A stretch of 64,000 bases of DNA from Camelus ferus (lineage: Eukaryota): contig NC_045728.1 in the NCBI RefSeq assembly GCF_009834535.1, positions 7,502,001 to 7,566,000 on the forward strand, read 5' to 3'. Positions 11,441 through 21,782 of the stretch are shown here, piece by piece (position 1 is the first letter of the stretch; the number at the start of each line of letters is the position of its first letter). Position numbers and translations under genes: made by a program. The notes beneath the pieces are model-generated. The model was not told the DNA's origin, did no database searches, and saw only the letters and a list, made by a program, of their open reading frames with translations.

Positions 11441-11456
11441 ATTTCCGAAGTTGAGA

Positions 11457-12401
11457 ATGCTGGCTAGAAATGACTCCTTAGTGACTGAATTTATTCTTGC
11501 CGGGTTAACAGACCGTCCAGAGCTCCAGCAACCCCTCTTTTGCTTGTTTCTGATGATCTACATTGTCACCTTGGTGGGCAATCTTGGCTTGATCATTCTT
11601 ATTGGTCTAAATTCTCACCTCCACACCCCCATGTACTATTTCCTCTTCAACTTGTCCTTCGTTGATCTCTGTTACTCATCTGTTTTCACCCCCAAGATGC
11701 TGATGAACTTTGTGTCCATGAAGAATATCATCTCCTATGTCGGGTGCATGACTCAGCTGTTGTTCTTTCTCTTTTTTGTCATCTCTGAATGTTATATGTT
11801 GACCTCAATGGCCTATGATCGCTATGTGGCCATCTGTAATCCGTTGCTGTATAAGGTCACCATGTCCCGTCGGGTCTGTGTGGTGCTGTCTCTGGCTGCA
11901 TATGTGATGGGATTTGCCGGAGCCTCTGCCCACACCGGGTGCATGCTCAGACTAACCTTCTGCAATGTTAATATCATCAACCATTACTTGTGTGACATCC
12001 TCCCACTCCTCCAGCTCTCTTGCACCAGCACTTATGTCAACGAGTTAGTAGTTCTTATTGTGGTAAGTATTAATATTGCGGTACCCAGTGTCACCATCCT
12101 GGTTTCTTACATCTTCATCCTCACTAGCATTCTTCACATCAGATCTGCTCAAGGAAGATCAAAAGCTTTCAGTACCTGTAGCTCCCACGTCATTGCTCTT
12201 TCCCTTTTTTTTGGTTCAGCAGCATTTATGTATCTTAAATATTCTTCTCCTGGATCTATGGAGCAGGGAAAAGTTTCTTCTGTTTTCTATACTAATGTGG
12301 GACCCATGCTCAATCCCCTGATCTACAGTTTGAGGAACAGGGATGTCAAAGTTGCACTGAAGAAATCCCTGTTTAAAATCCAGAGGAGAAACATGTTCTA
12401 A
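11457..12401 (+). CDS. OR8B3: Olfactory receptor, OR8B2/OR8B3-like (copy A), 314 aa, intact
   Basis: [19 protein letters not shown] start with N-glycosylation sequon; [25 protein letters not shown] and [12 protein letters not shown] motifs. Closely resembles human OR8B2/OR8B3 as I recall them. The true start is the ATG at 11457, not the GTG at 11112. Confidence 0.95.
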   Translation: MLARNDSLVTEFILAGLTDRPELQQPLFCLFLMIYIVTLVGNLGLIILIGLNSHLHTPMYYFLFNLSFVDLCYSSVFTPKMLMNFVSMKNIISYVGCMTQLLFFLFFVISECYMLTSMAYDRYVAICNPLLYKVTMSRRVCVVLSLAAYVMGFAGASAHTGCMLRLTFCNVNIINHYLCDILPLLQLSCTSTYVNELVVLIVVSINIAVPSVTILVSYIFILTSILHIRSAQGRSKAFSTCSSHVIALSLFFGSAAFMYLKYSSPGSMEQGKVSSVFYTNVGPMLNPLIYSLRNRDVKVALKKSLFKIQRRNMF

Positions 12402-12786
12402 TTAGAAACAGCAATAATGTAAAGACATTCAATTTTGTACTTAATTTTTATTAATGATTTTCAAGGTGAGAATTCATTCATAACCATGTTGCTTCTACAG
12501 ATTGTATTATGTGTGGTGTAATGGATTTGTGTCATCATTTCCCTTATAGCCAATCTTGTCTCATTTTTTTCCTCTATCTCTTGCACCTTGTAACAGTTTA
12601 CTAAATACTAATAGCATTTTTATAAAAGGAAATATGAACTGATTTTTTTCATACTCCTTTTTTGTCTCCTGGGCTATTCCTAATCAGGACAAATATGGTG
12701 AATTTTGTAAGTACATGAAGTTAAAATTAGAACTTGCTGATCTAGATACAAAAGTGCCAAATACTGGAAAAGAATTCTCTCTGTGG

Positions 12787-14035
12787 TTTTTTTTTTTTTG
12801 GTATAAATGTATTTTTATTTAAGTATAGTCAGTTTACAATGTGGTGTCAATTTCTGGTGTACAGCACAGTGCTTCAGTCATACATGAATATACATATATT
12901 CATTTTCATATTCTTTTTCACTGTAAGCTACTACAAGATATCAAATATAGTTCCCTGCACTATACAGTAAGTAGAAACTCGTTTACTCTGTATTTATCAG
13001 TTAATATCTAGAAATATGAAACTCTAATTTATCACCTCCCGCCCCCCTCCTCCCCTGGTAACCACAAGTTTGTTCTCTATGTCTGTGAGTCAGTTTCTGT
13101 TTTGCAGATAAGTTCGTTTGCCTGTTTTTTTTTTAAGATTCCTCATATAAGTGGTACTATATGGTATTTTTCTTTCTTTTTCTGGCCTACTTCACTTAGA
13201 ATGACAATCTCCAGGTCCATCCATATTGCTGCAAATGTCATTGCTTTATTATATTTTATGGCTGAGTAATATTCCATTGTATAAATGTACCACCACTTCT
13301 TTATCCAGCTATCTGTTGATGGACATTTAGGTTGTTTCCATGTCTTGGCTATTGTAAATAATGCTGCTATGAACACTGGGGTGCATGCATTTTTTCAAAT
13401 TAAAGTTCCCTCTGGATATATGCCCAGGAGTGGGATTGCTGGATCATCTGGTAAGTCTGTTTTTAGTCTTTTGAGGAATCTCCATACTGTTTTCCATAAC
13501 AGCTCTGCCAAACTACATTTCCACAAACAGTGTAGGAGGATTCCCTTTTATCCACACCCTCTCCAGCATTTATCCTTTGTGGACTTTTGAATGATGGCCA
13601 TTCTGACTGGTGTGAGGTGATACCCCATTGTAGTTTTGATTTGTATTTCTCTGATAACTAGCAATATTGAGCATTTTTTTATGTGCCTATTGGGCATTTG
13701 TATGTCTTCACTGGAAAATTTCTTCTTTAGGTCTTCCGCCTATTTTTGGATTGGGGTGTTTGTTTTTTCCTTTATAGTTGTATGAGTTGTTTATATATTC
13801 TGGAAATTAAGCCCNNNNNNNNNNNNNNNNNNNNNNNNNNNNNNNNNNNNNNNNNNNNNNNNNNNNNNNNNNNNNNNNNNNNNNNNNNNNNNNNNNNNNN
13901 NNNNNNNNNNNNNNNNNNNNNNNNNNNNNNNNNNNNNNNNNNNNNNNNNNNNNNNNNNNAGACTTCCCTAGGAGAACATTGCTGAGATTTATATCAGATG
14001 ATGTTTTGCCTGTTTTCTTCTAAGAGGTTTATAAT
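12787..14035 (-). mobile_element. 5'-truncated L1 (ORF2 C-terminus plus 3'UTR)
   Basis: Poly-T at 12787; minus-strand ORF 13143..13376 [19 protein letters not shown]...YTMEYYSAIK is the L1 ORF2 C-terminus. Absent from the paralogous flank of copy B. Confidence 0.9.
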
Positions 14036-14864
14036 GTCTTTAAACAATATTGTTACTGGTATACACAAGGAGGATTCAAAGAAATGTCTTCATTGCAAAT
14101 TGTGTAGACAGCTTGCAGTAGGCTCAGATCCTCCTAATGTTGTCTTTTCTGTTTTTCATACTACTTTTTATTATTCTTACTTTTCTTACTCCCTTTGAAA
14201 ATGGCAAAATCTGTTTTACATGACACCTGCTTCTGAGAGCCTCTTTCAGCCAAATGCATTTAATATTCAAGAGAACACATAAAAGCCCACCATTTATTGC
14301 CAACACAGCATTAAGAGAAGGGTGGTTAGAGGAATAATACATACATATCTCAGGACTCAATAAGCATGATGGGTGGTTTATTATACAACTGCATCCATTA
14401 CTATCTAAAATGACACCAAATGTTTTGAAAGAAGCATATAATTCTTATTGTAAATTTTGTTTTTTATTGCTTAAGGAAAATACTACACATTTGGTTAGGA
14501 GAAACATCTTAGCCATGTTTTACTTCTCCAGTGATGTATCATGAAAAACAGGTGCATGTTAAGACAGTAAACCATATTCCTATCAACAGCATTTTGTGAA
14601 ATTACTTAAAAGTTGCCTCACCAATAAGATAATAAATATATTTACCTAGATGCTCTTCCCTATAATTTCCCCATTTCTCCAGTGCATTTCCCATTCGTAT
14701 ATTTGGCGTATCAAATATAGCGTTAGGTCAAAAACTTCTCGTATTGGATCCCGTTGTTTGAAAAGTAGTAATACATTTAATGTTATAAGGGATGATTAAT
14801 AAAATATAATAATAAGTAGCAATAACAAATAATCCGAAAGAACTTTGGGGTATAATTTCTTTTG

Positions 14865-15340
14865 GGGAGTGGCATGTAGCAGCCATAGAGAGGTGCTGTT
14901 AACTCCCCTTCAGTAGAACCAGCTGTGGGAGCATCACTGACTGTCTCTAGCTGATACTCCTTTGGATCCACCACGGTGTTCAGGCAGAGCCCATGCTTAC
15001 TCTGAGATGTCCTCAGCCAGTGGCTTAGCACAGTGGGTCATACCGGAACTCATCAGTTTCTGTGTAACATGAGTCTTCTGATAGGTGATCTTTGCCTGGG
15101 GACTTCCTGTCATCCTAATAGACTTTTTGAACTGCACTGTGGTCTTAAGATTTTCTTACCCAATCCTTCCTTCTCGCTCTCCTTTTGTAGGTATCACACA
15201 TTCATCCTGGTCTGAAGCGTTTTCCACTGACCTCCACTTCCTCCCATTTTATCCTTTACAGACACTTACCGCAATAAATGTCTTGGAAATCTAAGCATTT
15301 CTTAGCATTTGTTTCTTGGGGAACTCTAAATGATGCAGAG
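14865..15340 (+). mobile_element. Ancient ERVL LTR (LTR16-like); paralogue at 43405-43880
   Basis: cagctgtgggagcatcactgactgtctctagctg...cccaatccttccttc...caataaatgtcttg...gggaactctaaatgatgca follows the LTR16-family layout. Confidence 0.55.
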
Positions 15341-15349
15341 GATTTACAC

Positions 15350-15990
15350 TAACTGATTTTATAACTTAGTTGCAGGATATGGTAATCAAGACTGGTTAGT
15401 TTTGTTATAAATACAGACAGATAAATCCATGGGGCAAGACAGAATATTCAGAAACAGATCCTCACTTTTACAGTTAATTGATTTTTGACTGAACAACTAA
15501 GTAAATCTATAGGTAAAGAAAAATCTTCTAAGCAATTGATGCTGGAAGTACTATGTGTTCATGAGGGAAACAGTGAACTTTGATTTCTACTTCACATCAT
15601 ACACAAAAATTAATTTTAAATGGAGATCAAAACCATACACTTAATGCTTAAGTATAAATCTTCTAGAAGAAAACAGAAACGTATATTGGTATAGGCACAG
15701 ATTTCTTAGACATATTCTAGAAAGCACTAAAAGAAGGAAAAAAATAAAATGAACATTTGAATTAGAACATCTAGTTATCAAAAAATATTTATAGGCAAGC
15801 TACAGACTAGAAGAATATTTGCAATACATAGATTTGATAAAGATACAGTTTCCAGAATATATATATAACACTATATTCTTAGTTAAAATGTATCTCTGAT
15901 AAAAAGACCATTTCTTGTACTGGCATGTCATTTGAAAGACATATCCCAAAGGAACATGTGCAAATGGCCAACAAGCACATGGAAATGTGC
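15350..15990 (+). mobile_element. Ancient L1M ORF2 3' fragment; paralogue at about 43890-44510
   Basis: cagaaacagatcctcac...aattgatttttgac...cacatcatacacaaaaattaattttaaatgg...gccaacaagcacatggaaatgtgc. Confidence 0.7.
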
Positions 15991-17339
15991 CTAACTTACT
16001 GCACCCCCTTAGTTGTATAGTCAGTAGCTGGACAGCACTCCCATACCAGCTGTACCATCCTCCCTCACTGCATTGCCCGGACTCTGCCCCTTGAGTAGCT
16101 CAAGCACTTGTCAGGCTTTCCTCTTGGTCTCTCTCCATGTTGGACGCTGCACCCTCTCGGTAGATTTCAGGCATCCAAGCACCAGCTGTGGGGCATCTCC
16201 AAGCCCTCCACCAACCCAAACACCAATTCTGTAGAGTTTCTCCTCCAAGATTCTGGAATCTGGTTATGCTTCTTCCTCTTTCTTTCTGTTCCATCAGTCC
16301 TGGGAGTGGTAGCTATTTTATATAGTTCATTTGTCTTTATATTTTTCTCTGGTTCATCTTTTGCTCTTTTTTCCTTTCTATGTATATATCTCCAATTCTC
16401 TTTTTTAAATATCCTTTATAGGAAGTTCAAAATAAGCTATTTTTTGACTAGAATTTGAAACAGGAAACACATTTTATGTGATATTGTTGGGCTGACTTGC
16501 CCATCTCACAAGGCATATCCCATCTAATCAGCACATGCCAAACCCTGATGACAGTGATTTAGTCAGAAATAGTCATTTTGCTATAGTCTTTTCTGCCAAA
16601 ATTATTTTAACAAACTTTTCTCTTCTCATTGAAGTTACTGAATTGGTAAGATTAAATCTAGAGATTCTAGAAGTCCTATCTTCACTACATGAGGAGAGCT
16701 CATCTGAGGTTAAAATGTAGAAGAACCAAGCAAACAAAATGTGGGAAGAGAGACACACCTCCGTGAATGGTTGGTCCCATCCAAGCAAATAAAAAGCCAT
16801 GTATATTCTTGACTTACCAGTTTCACACACTTTTTGGGAGTATGCTGTCTCGGCAAAATATAGTTGCAGTCATGACACGTGCCTGCAATGTGATATCCAA
16901 ATCCCCAGCACACCCTGGCGGCAGTATGAGTCAGCATAGTGCCTGGAGTGGTCTGTGAATCAACAGGCTTATTTTACAAATTGACTTTAAATTCTTTTGA
17001 TCAACCTGGCAAAAGTGATCATTATAAGAAATTAAAAATCACAATTCCCATAAAACTGAAATGACTAAACACTTAAATGTAGTTTTTTTAAAAATTACTA
17101 TAATTATGGAATTTGAAGTAAAAATTACTTCAATATAATAAGCATTTTCAAGTCAACTTTAGGGTACTTGGAAATATTATGCTCGTAAATGGAGAATTTT
17201 TTCAAGATATGGGTAGTGTCATATATGACTTTATTATCCTTCTGTATATACTTCATAAATACTATTTTAACTGGGAAAAAAGTTTGTTTTATCCGTGGGA
17301 AATTCCCATATGAACACATGTTAAAGGCACAGAGCCTAG

Positions 17340-18500
17340 ATCATGTCCTAGATAGGTGTTCTTGGGAGGGCAAGAGGCAGATGTGTCCAGTGTGGCGGCA
17401 CGTACCATGCTTTGGCCAGAGGCAAGAATGGTCATCCAAGTGAGGCATCCACTGCTCTATTTCAAAAGCCCAACCAAAGACGTCCTCCACCACCTGGACA
17501 CCAGCTACCGCAGCCATGTGCAGTGCCCACTGTGGACAGGAGTCCCATAGGGCTGCTGGAGGAGTTTGTGTTTCAGGTGCTCAACCTGTGGTGCTGGCAG
17601 GCTAGGCAGGGAATTCTGATGTTCATAGCTCCCAGCAGATGTCTCAGTCTCTGTCTCCCCATTTCAGATACTTCTGTTCATCTCCAGCTAATTTATCCTT
17701 TTAGTGACATCTAAACTAGTTGCAGTGTGATTGCTCTAAGAATACACAAGCCTTCTGCAAATAAGAGCTTCTTTGTTAATTTGAAATAATTGAAATGAAA
17801 AAGTGAGGTTGGTGCTAAATTGATTGAACATTAAATTTTTAAATAAAAGAAAACTCATTACTTACATATGATTTCAATTGTAAAGTTTTAAATGGTGGTA
17901 AAAATGACTTAAACTCTTATCACTTACGCATACAAAATTTCTCACTAATGATGATTACAACAGCTATTGGAGATATAGTCATTAAAAATTCTTGATCAGG
18001 AATTGCAAACAGTTATTTCAAGCACAAAGCCTGTTACAAAGAAATTATATTCCAGAAGCAAGTACAAATTTTCATTGAGAATTACAAATATATTTTATTT
18101 CAGATTATTATTTAATAAAAAATCATAAATCTCATTTAAGACATATTGTTGATGTTTAAATAATTTACATTATAATGGTATATAATGAATATACCAACTT
18201 TTCTGATTCTACCAGCAAATGTAACATAACCCTGAAAAGTTCATAAAACATACATTTGCAGTTTAATAAATGCTAAATTTATGTAATCACAAGCCAGTTC
18301 ATAAAATAGAATATGGTAGAATATTTTATGCAGTATTTTTAGCTGTTTTGAGTGGGTAGTTAGATCCAGCAGCCTAGCCCAACAATACCAGATGTGAAGG
18401 TTGTTAAATGGCTTATTCAGTCAACTTTCTTCTCAAATTAGATTACATGGTCAGGGGGCATTTACTGTACAGTTTTATTTTAGGTGAATGTCTTCAGCTG
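17340..18500 (+). repeat. Diverged duplicated non-coding block, copy 1 (partner 51950-53115)
   Basis: Colinear similarity with a 31-nt identical core GGGCTGCTGGAGGAGTTTGTGTTTCAGGTGC at 17550-17580 and 52153-52183. Confidence 0.85.
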
Positions 18501-18729
18501 TTGTATCTTCAAGTATTTTTCTACCACTCCCCTTCCTTGTAATTTTTAATTTTGAGGGGTCTGAGAATAGTAATTGGGACTCATTTTAGTAACGATTAGA
18601 TTTTCAACTATCCTGTGTGTAAAACCCGTATGAAAGATTTCTCACGTATTTCTCTTGACTCTCTACCTTTTTTCTTTTTATTTTCTCTCGTTGAATCTGC
18701 CTGATTCCATGGCTTTGCCTTCTATTGGA

Positions 18730-19245
18730 ATAATCCCCAAATCTTTTCTCAGACCCGGGTCTTCCTCTTGAGCATTACTTCGCTTTATTTAGATTGTGTA
18801 CTTCTGCTTGGTTGTTCAGCTGGTGACTCAAGATCACCATGTTCAAAACTGAACGCAGAATGTTTATGATTATTTCTGTTCTTTCTGAGTTCTCTGTTTT
18901 TAGTAACCCCATAATGTAACCAAACACCTAGGCTAGTATCTTTGGGAAATTTTTTTTGGTCTATTTCTGTCTACTTTGTGAGAAGTTCTGATGAATCTTT
19001 CTTTTCAGTGTCTCTTCTATGTATTTCTTGAAATTACTCACAGTAGCACTTTTGATTAAGGACACTTTTATCATCCATTGACTATTGTAATTACCTCTTG
19101 CAGCTCACCCTGCCTTCAATCTCTTTTATACCAGTCCATTCTGCCAGCCTTTGCTGTATTAATCTTTCCAAGCGTGCATGTAGATTATTTCAATCCTGTA
19201 AAAAAGAAATAAAAATCTTGAATGGTTCCTACTGGCCTCCCATAG
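18730..19245 (+). mobile_element. L2 LINE remnant
   Basis: ctcaagatcaccatgttcaaaactgaac...gactattgtaattacctc...ccagtccattctgcc...ttgaatggttcctactggcc. Confidence 0.5.
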
Positions 19246-19251
19246 TGCACT

Positions 19252-19428
19252 GACCTTGATTTTGGCATTTGAGAGCTTCCTATACTGATCCAAATCTGTC
19301 TTTTTATCTGAGTCTATGCTGTAGTCCTGCAGGAAGAGGCATTGGGACCTTTTTGAGAGCCTGTGGAAATCCTCTGTGTGAAATTCAGGGACGATGGAAA
19401 TTAACTTCTTTTCTCTGAGCTCAGTAAC
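19252..19428 (+). repeat. About 170-bp module, copy 1 (partner 20380-20543)
   Basis: tttggcatttga.agctt...tactgatcca.at.tg...tctgagtct...ttttgagagcc.gtggaa..cctctgtgtga.attcaggga.gatggaaatta...gagctcagt is shared by both copies. Confidence 0.9.
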
Positions 19429-20019
19429 TGATCTGAATCGCTCTTAGATGGCATCTCAGAGTTTATCAGTGACCTTTACGTGCCTTAGTGATGTTCTCCT
19501 CATCCCATTCTCAGGTCTACAAAGAAGAACGTTGGCACTGCATAAGCCTTTGCCTGTAGGGCGAGAGTATTGTTGTAGTATCCAGTATGGGTTCCAAGAA
19601 AGATAGAGGGATCCTCATTCCTTAATTCCTCATTCCTTTATTCTTTTATTATGCTCATATTTATTTGGTATCTAATATATGCCAAGCATTGCTCTAAGGT
19701 GCTACAGAAATTGCACTGAAGAAAAGAGACAATCTATTTAAAGCTTAGATTCAAATATATGTGGGTGCATAAATGTGTGTTTATGTGTAGTAGGAACATG
19801 CAATAAACAAATAAATGTATAGTATTTAATACAATAGTAGATGCTAGGAAGAAACTATGTGGATGCAGGAAAGATCATCCTGCTTTTCTATTTGGGGATG
19901 TGCCTTATTTGGTAGGAAATTAAAATGTATGTAAAATGGTACACTTCAATAAGTCCATGTTGTTATCATGATCTGAGCTGAATAGGAAAAGTGGGTAATT
20001 TCTTCTTGCCTCAAAACCT

Positions 20020-20115
20020 GATCTCTGGGGAAGGTACTAAGAAAACATATGTTTTCCCACTTTTAATCAGGTCTCTAGGCTTTCCCAACTCATAAAAACC
20101 CATGGGTCATATTAG
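20020..20115 (+). promoter_or_regulatory. Candidate OR promoter: O/E site, homeodomain core, O/E site
   Basis: TCTCTGGGGA at 20022-20031 (reverse complement TCCCCAGAGA), CACTTTTAATCAG at about 20058-20070, palindromic ACCCATGGGT at 20098-20107; 0.75 kb upstream of the CDS. Confidence 0.4.
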
Positions 20116-20379
20116 CGGGTGGCTCTCTTGGCACCAGTAGAGGGTATTTACTACCCCCTAGACTGGAGAGGACACTGTGGGCATAGCCACCATCAGAAAT
20201 CATGATCTGTAACTCATGGCATCCCGGAGCCTGGGATACTGAAGTCTGTGCTCTGGCTCCCTTAGTCATTCAAAACACAAACAATAACAAAAACCTCTGT
20301 TTTGGATTGTTCACCCCTAAAATTCATCAGTCACTTGCCTGTCTGTGTGAATAGTAGGAGGAGAGTTAATGAGGTAAGC

Positions 20380-20543
20380 TGACCTCAGTTTTGGCATTTG
20401 AAAGCTTTCAGTACTGATCCAGATTTGAGTTTTGATCTGAGTCTCTGCAGCATTTAGCAGAGAGGGACTTTTTGAGAGCCCGTGGAAGACCTCTGTGTGA
20501 CATTCAGGGAGGATGGAAATTATTTTCTTTGAGCTCAGTTAAC
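20380..20543 (+). repeat. About 170-bp module, copy 2, overlapping a candidate 5'UTR exon (20451-20573)
   Basis: Homologous to 19252-19428. Donor GAG|GTAAGC at 20374, acceptor GTCTCTGCAG| at 20450, donor AGG|GTAAGT at 20574. Confidence 0.8.
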
Positions 20544-20573
20544 CCAGCAGGATTGAGGTCCCCATGCAAAAGG

Positions 20574-20832
20574 GTAAGTGTTGAATTTAATCTGTCCTGT
20601 TATTCTTCTAAACCTCATTTATGGAAGCCAAGCACTCCTTGAAGTGACATGTCTTCTTTCTGCTGAGATGACTGTTGATCATTCGGTGAGCCTGGAAAAC
20701 TGTCGAAGCAGAAGTGGAGCAGAGATGCTGTAGTTATGAGTGGTCGCAGAGTTACTGAATCTTGTCCCTACAGAACTTGCCTGTTAGTGTTTTTGATACA
20801 TTTTAATGTTACCCTTTGTCCTGTTCCCACAG
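20574..20832 (+). other. Candidate last 5'UTR intron (259 nt)
   Basis: Donor AGG|GTAAGT and acceptor CTTTGTCCTGTTCCCACAG|, 17 nt before the ATG. Confidence 0.6.
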
Positions 20833-20849
20833 ATACGTCCTAGGAAAGA

Positions 20850-21782
20850 ATGGCCTTAGGGAATGACTCTTCACTGACTGAGTTTATCCTGCTGGGTTTA
20901 ACACAAGAGCCAGAACTCCAGCTGCCCCTCTTTTTCATTTTCTTGGGAATATATATGGTCACTGTGGTGGGAAACATTGGCTTGATTATTCTGATCGGTC
21001 TGAATCCTCACCTGCACACTCCCATGTATTACTTTCTTTTCAATCTTTCCTCCATTGACCTCTGCTACTCTTCTGTCATAACTCCCAAAATGCTGATGAG
21101 TTTTGCAAACCAGCACGTAATCTCTTATGCAGGGTGCATGGCTCAGCTCTATTTCTTCTCCTTCTTTGTTATTGATGAGTGCTGCATTTTGACATCAATG
21201 GCTTATGACCGATATGTGGCCATCTGTAAGTCCCTGCTTTACAAGGTCACCATGTCCCATCAGGTCTGCCTCCTGCTGACTGTGGGTTCATATGCGATGG
21301 GGCTTGTGGGCGCCACGGCCCACACTGGATGCATGCTGAGACTGTCCTTCTGTGATGGCAACATCATCAATCATTACATGTGTGACATACCTCCTCTCCT
21401 TCGGCTCTCCTGCACCAGCACCTACATCAATGAGCTGGTGGTGTTCATCGTGGTGGGCATTAATGTCATAGTGCCCAGTCTCACCATCTCCATTTCTTAC
21501 ACCTTGATCCTCTCCAGCATCCTCCGCATCCGTTCTACAGAGGGCAGGTCCAAAGCCTTCAGTACCTGCAGCTCCCACATCATTGTGGTTTCTCTTTTCT
21601 TTGGATCATCAGCATTCATGTATCTTAAGCCTTTTCCTGCCGGGTCTCTGGATCAAGATAAAGTGACCACAGTGTTTTACACCATTGTGGGGCCAATGAT
21701 GAATCCTTTCATCTACAGTTTGAGAAACAAAGATGTCCAAGTTGCCCTGAGTAAGACTTTGAGGAAAAAGTTGTTCTGCTAA
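20850..21782 (+). CDS. Olfactory receptor family 8 (OR8B/8C-like), 310 aa, intact
   Basis: MALGNDSS start; [25 protein letters not shown] and [14 protein letters not shown] motifs. Confidence 0.95.
   Translation: MALGNDSSLTEFILLGLTQEPELQLPLFFIFLGIYMVTVVGNIGLIILIGLNPHLHTPMYYFLFNLSSIDLCYSSVITPKMLMSFANQHVISYAGCMAQLYFFSFFVIDECCILTSMAYDRYVAICKSLLYKVTMSHQVCLLLTVGSYAMGLVGATAHTGCMLRLSFCDGNIINHYMCDIPPLLRLSCTSTYINELVVFIVVGINVIVPSLTISISYTLILSSILRIRSTEGRSKAFSTCSSHIIVVSLFFGSSAFMYLKPFPAGSLDQDKVTTVFYTIVGPMMNPFIYSLRNKDVQVALSKTLRKKLFC

Larger units (their letters stand above)
8363..12160 (+). repeat. High-identity duplicated segment, copy A (partner 36467-41140)
   Basis: Colinear with copy B at roughly 95% identity distally and over 99% proximally (manual comparison). 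Confidence 0.95.

Noticed and set aside
11112-11456. 115-aa N-terminal extension making a 429-aa OR (and the 56-aa extension at 40269)
   Set aside because: It starts at GTG, runs through a candidate intron and acceptor, and is frameshifted in the otherwise near-identical paralogue by (GT)4 versus (GT)5.
12076-12321. Alternative-frame and antisense ORFs inside OR genes (also 20898, 21288, 32253, 32410, 41056, 41196, 49864, 62608)
   Set aside because: By-products of OR codon structure; not independent genes.
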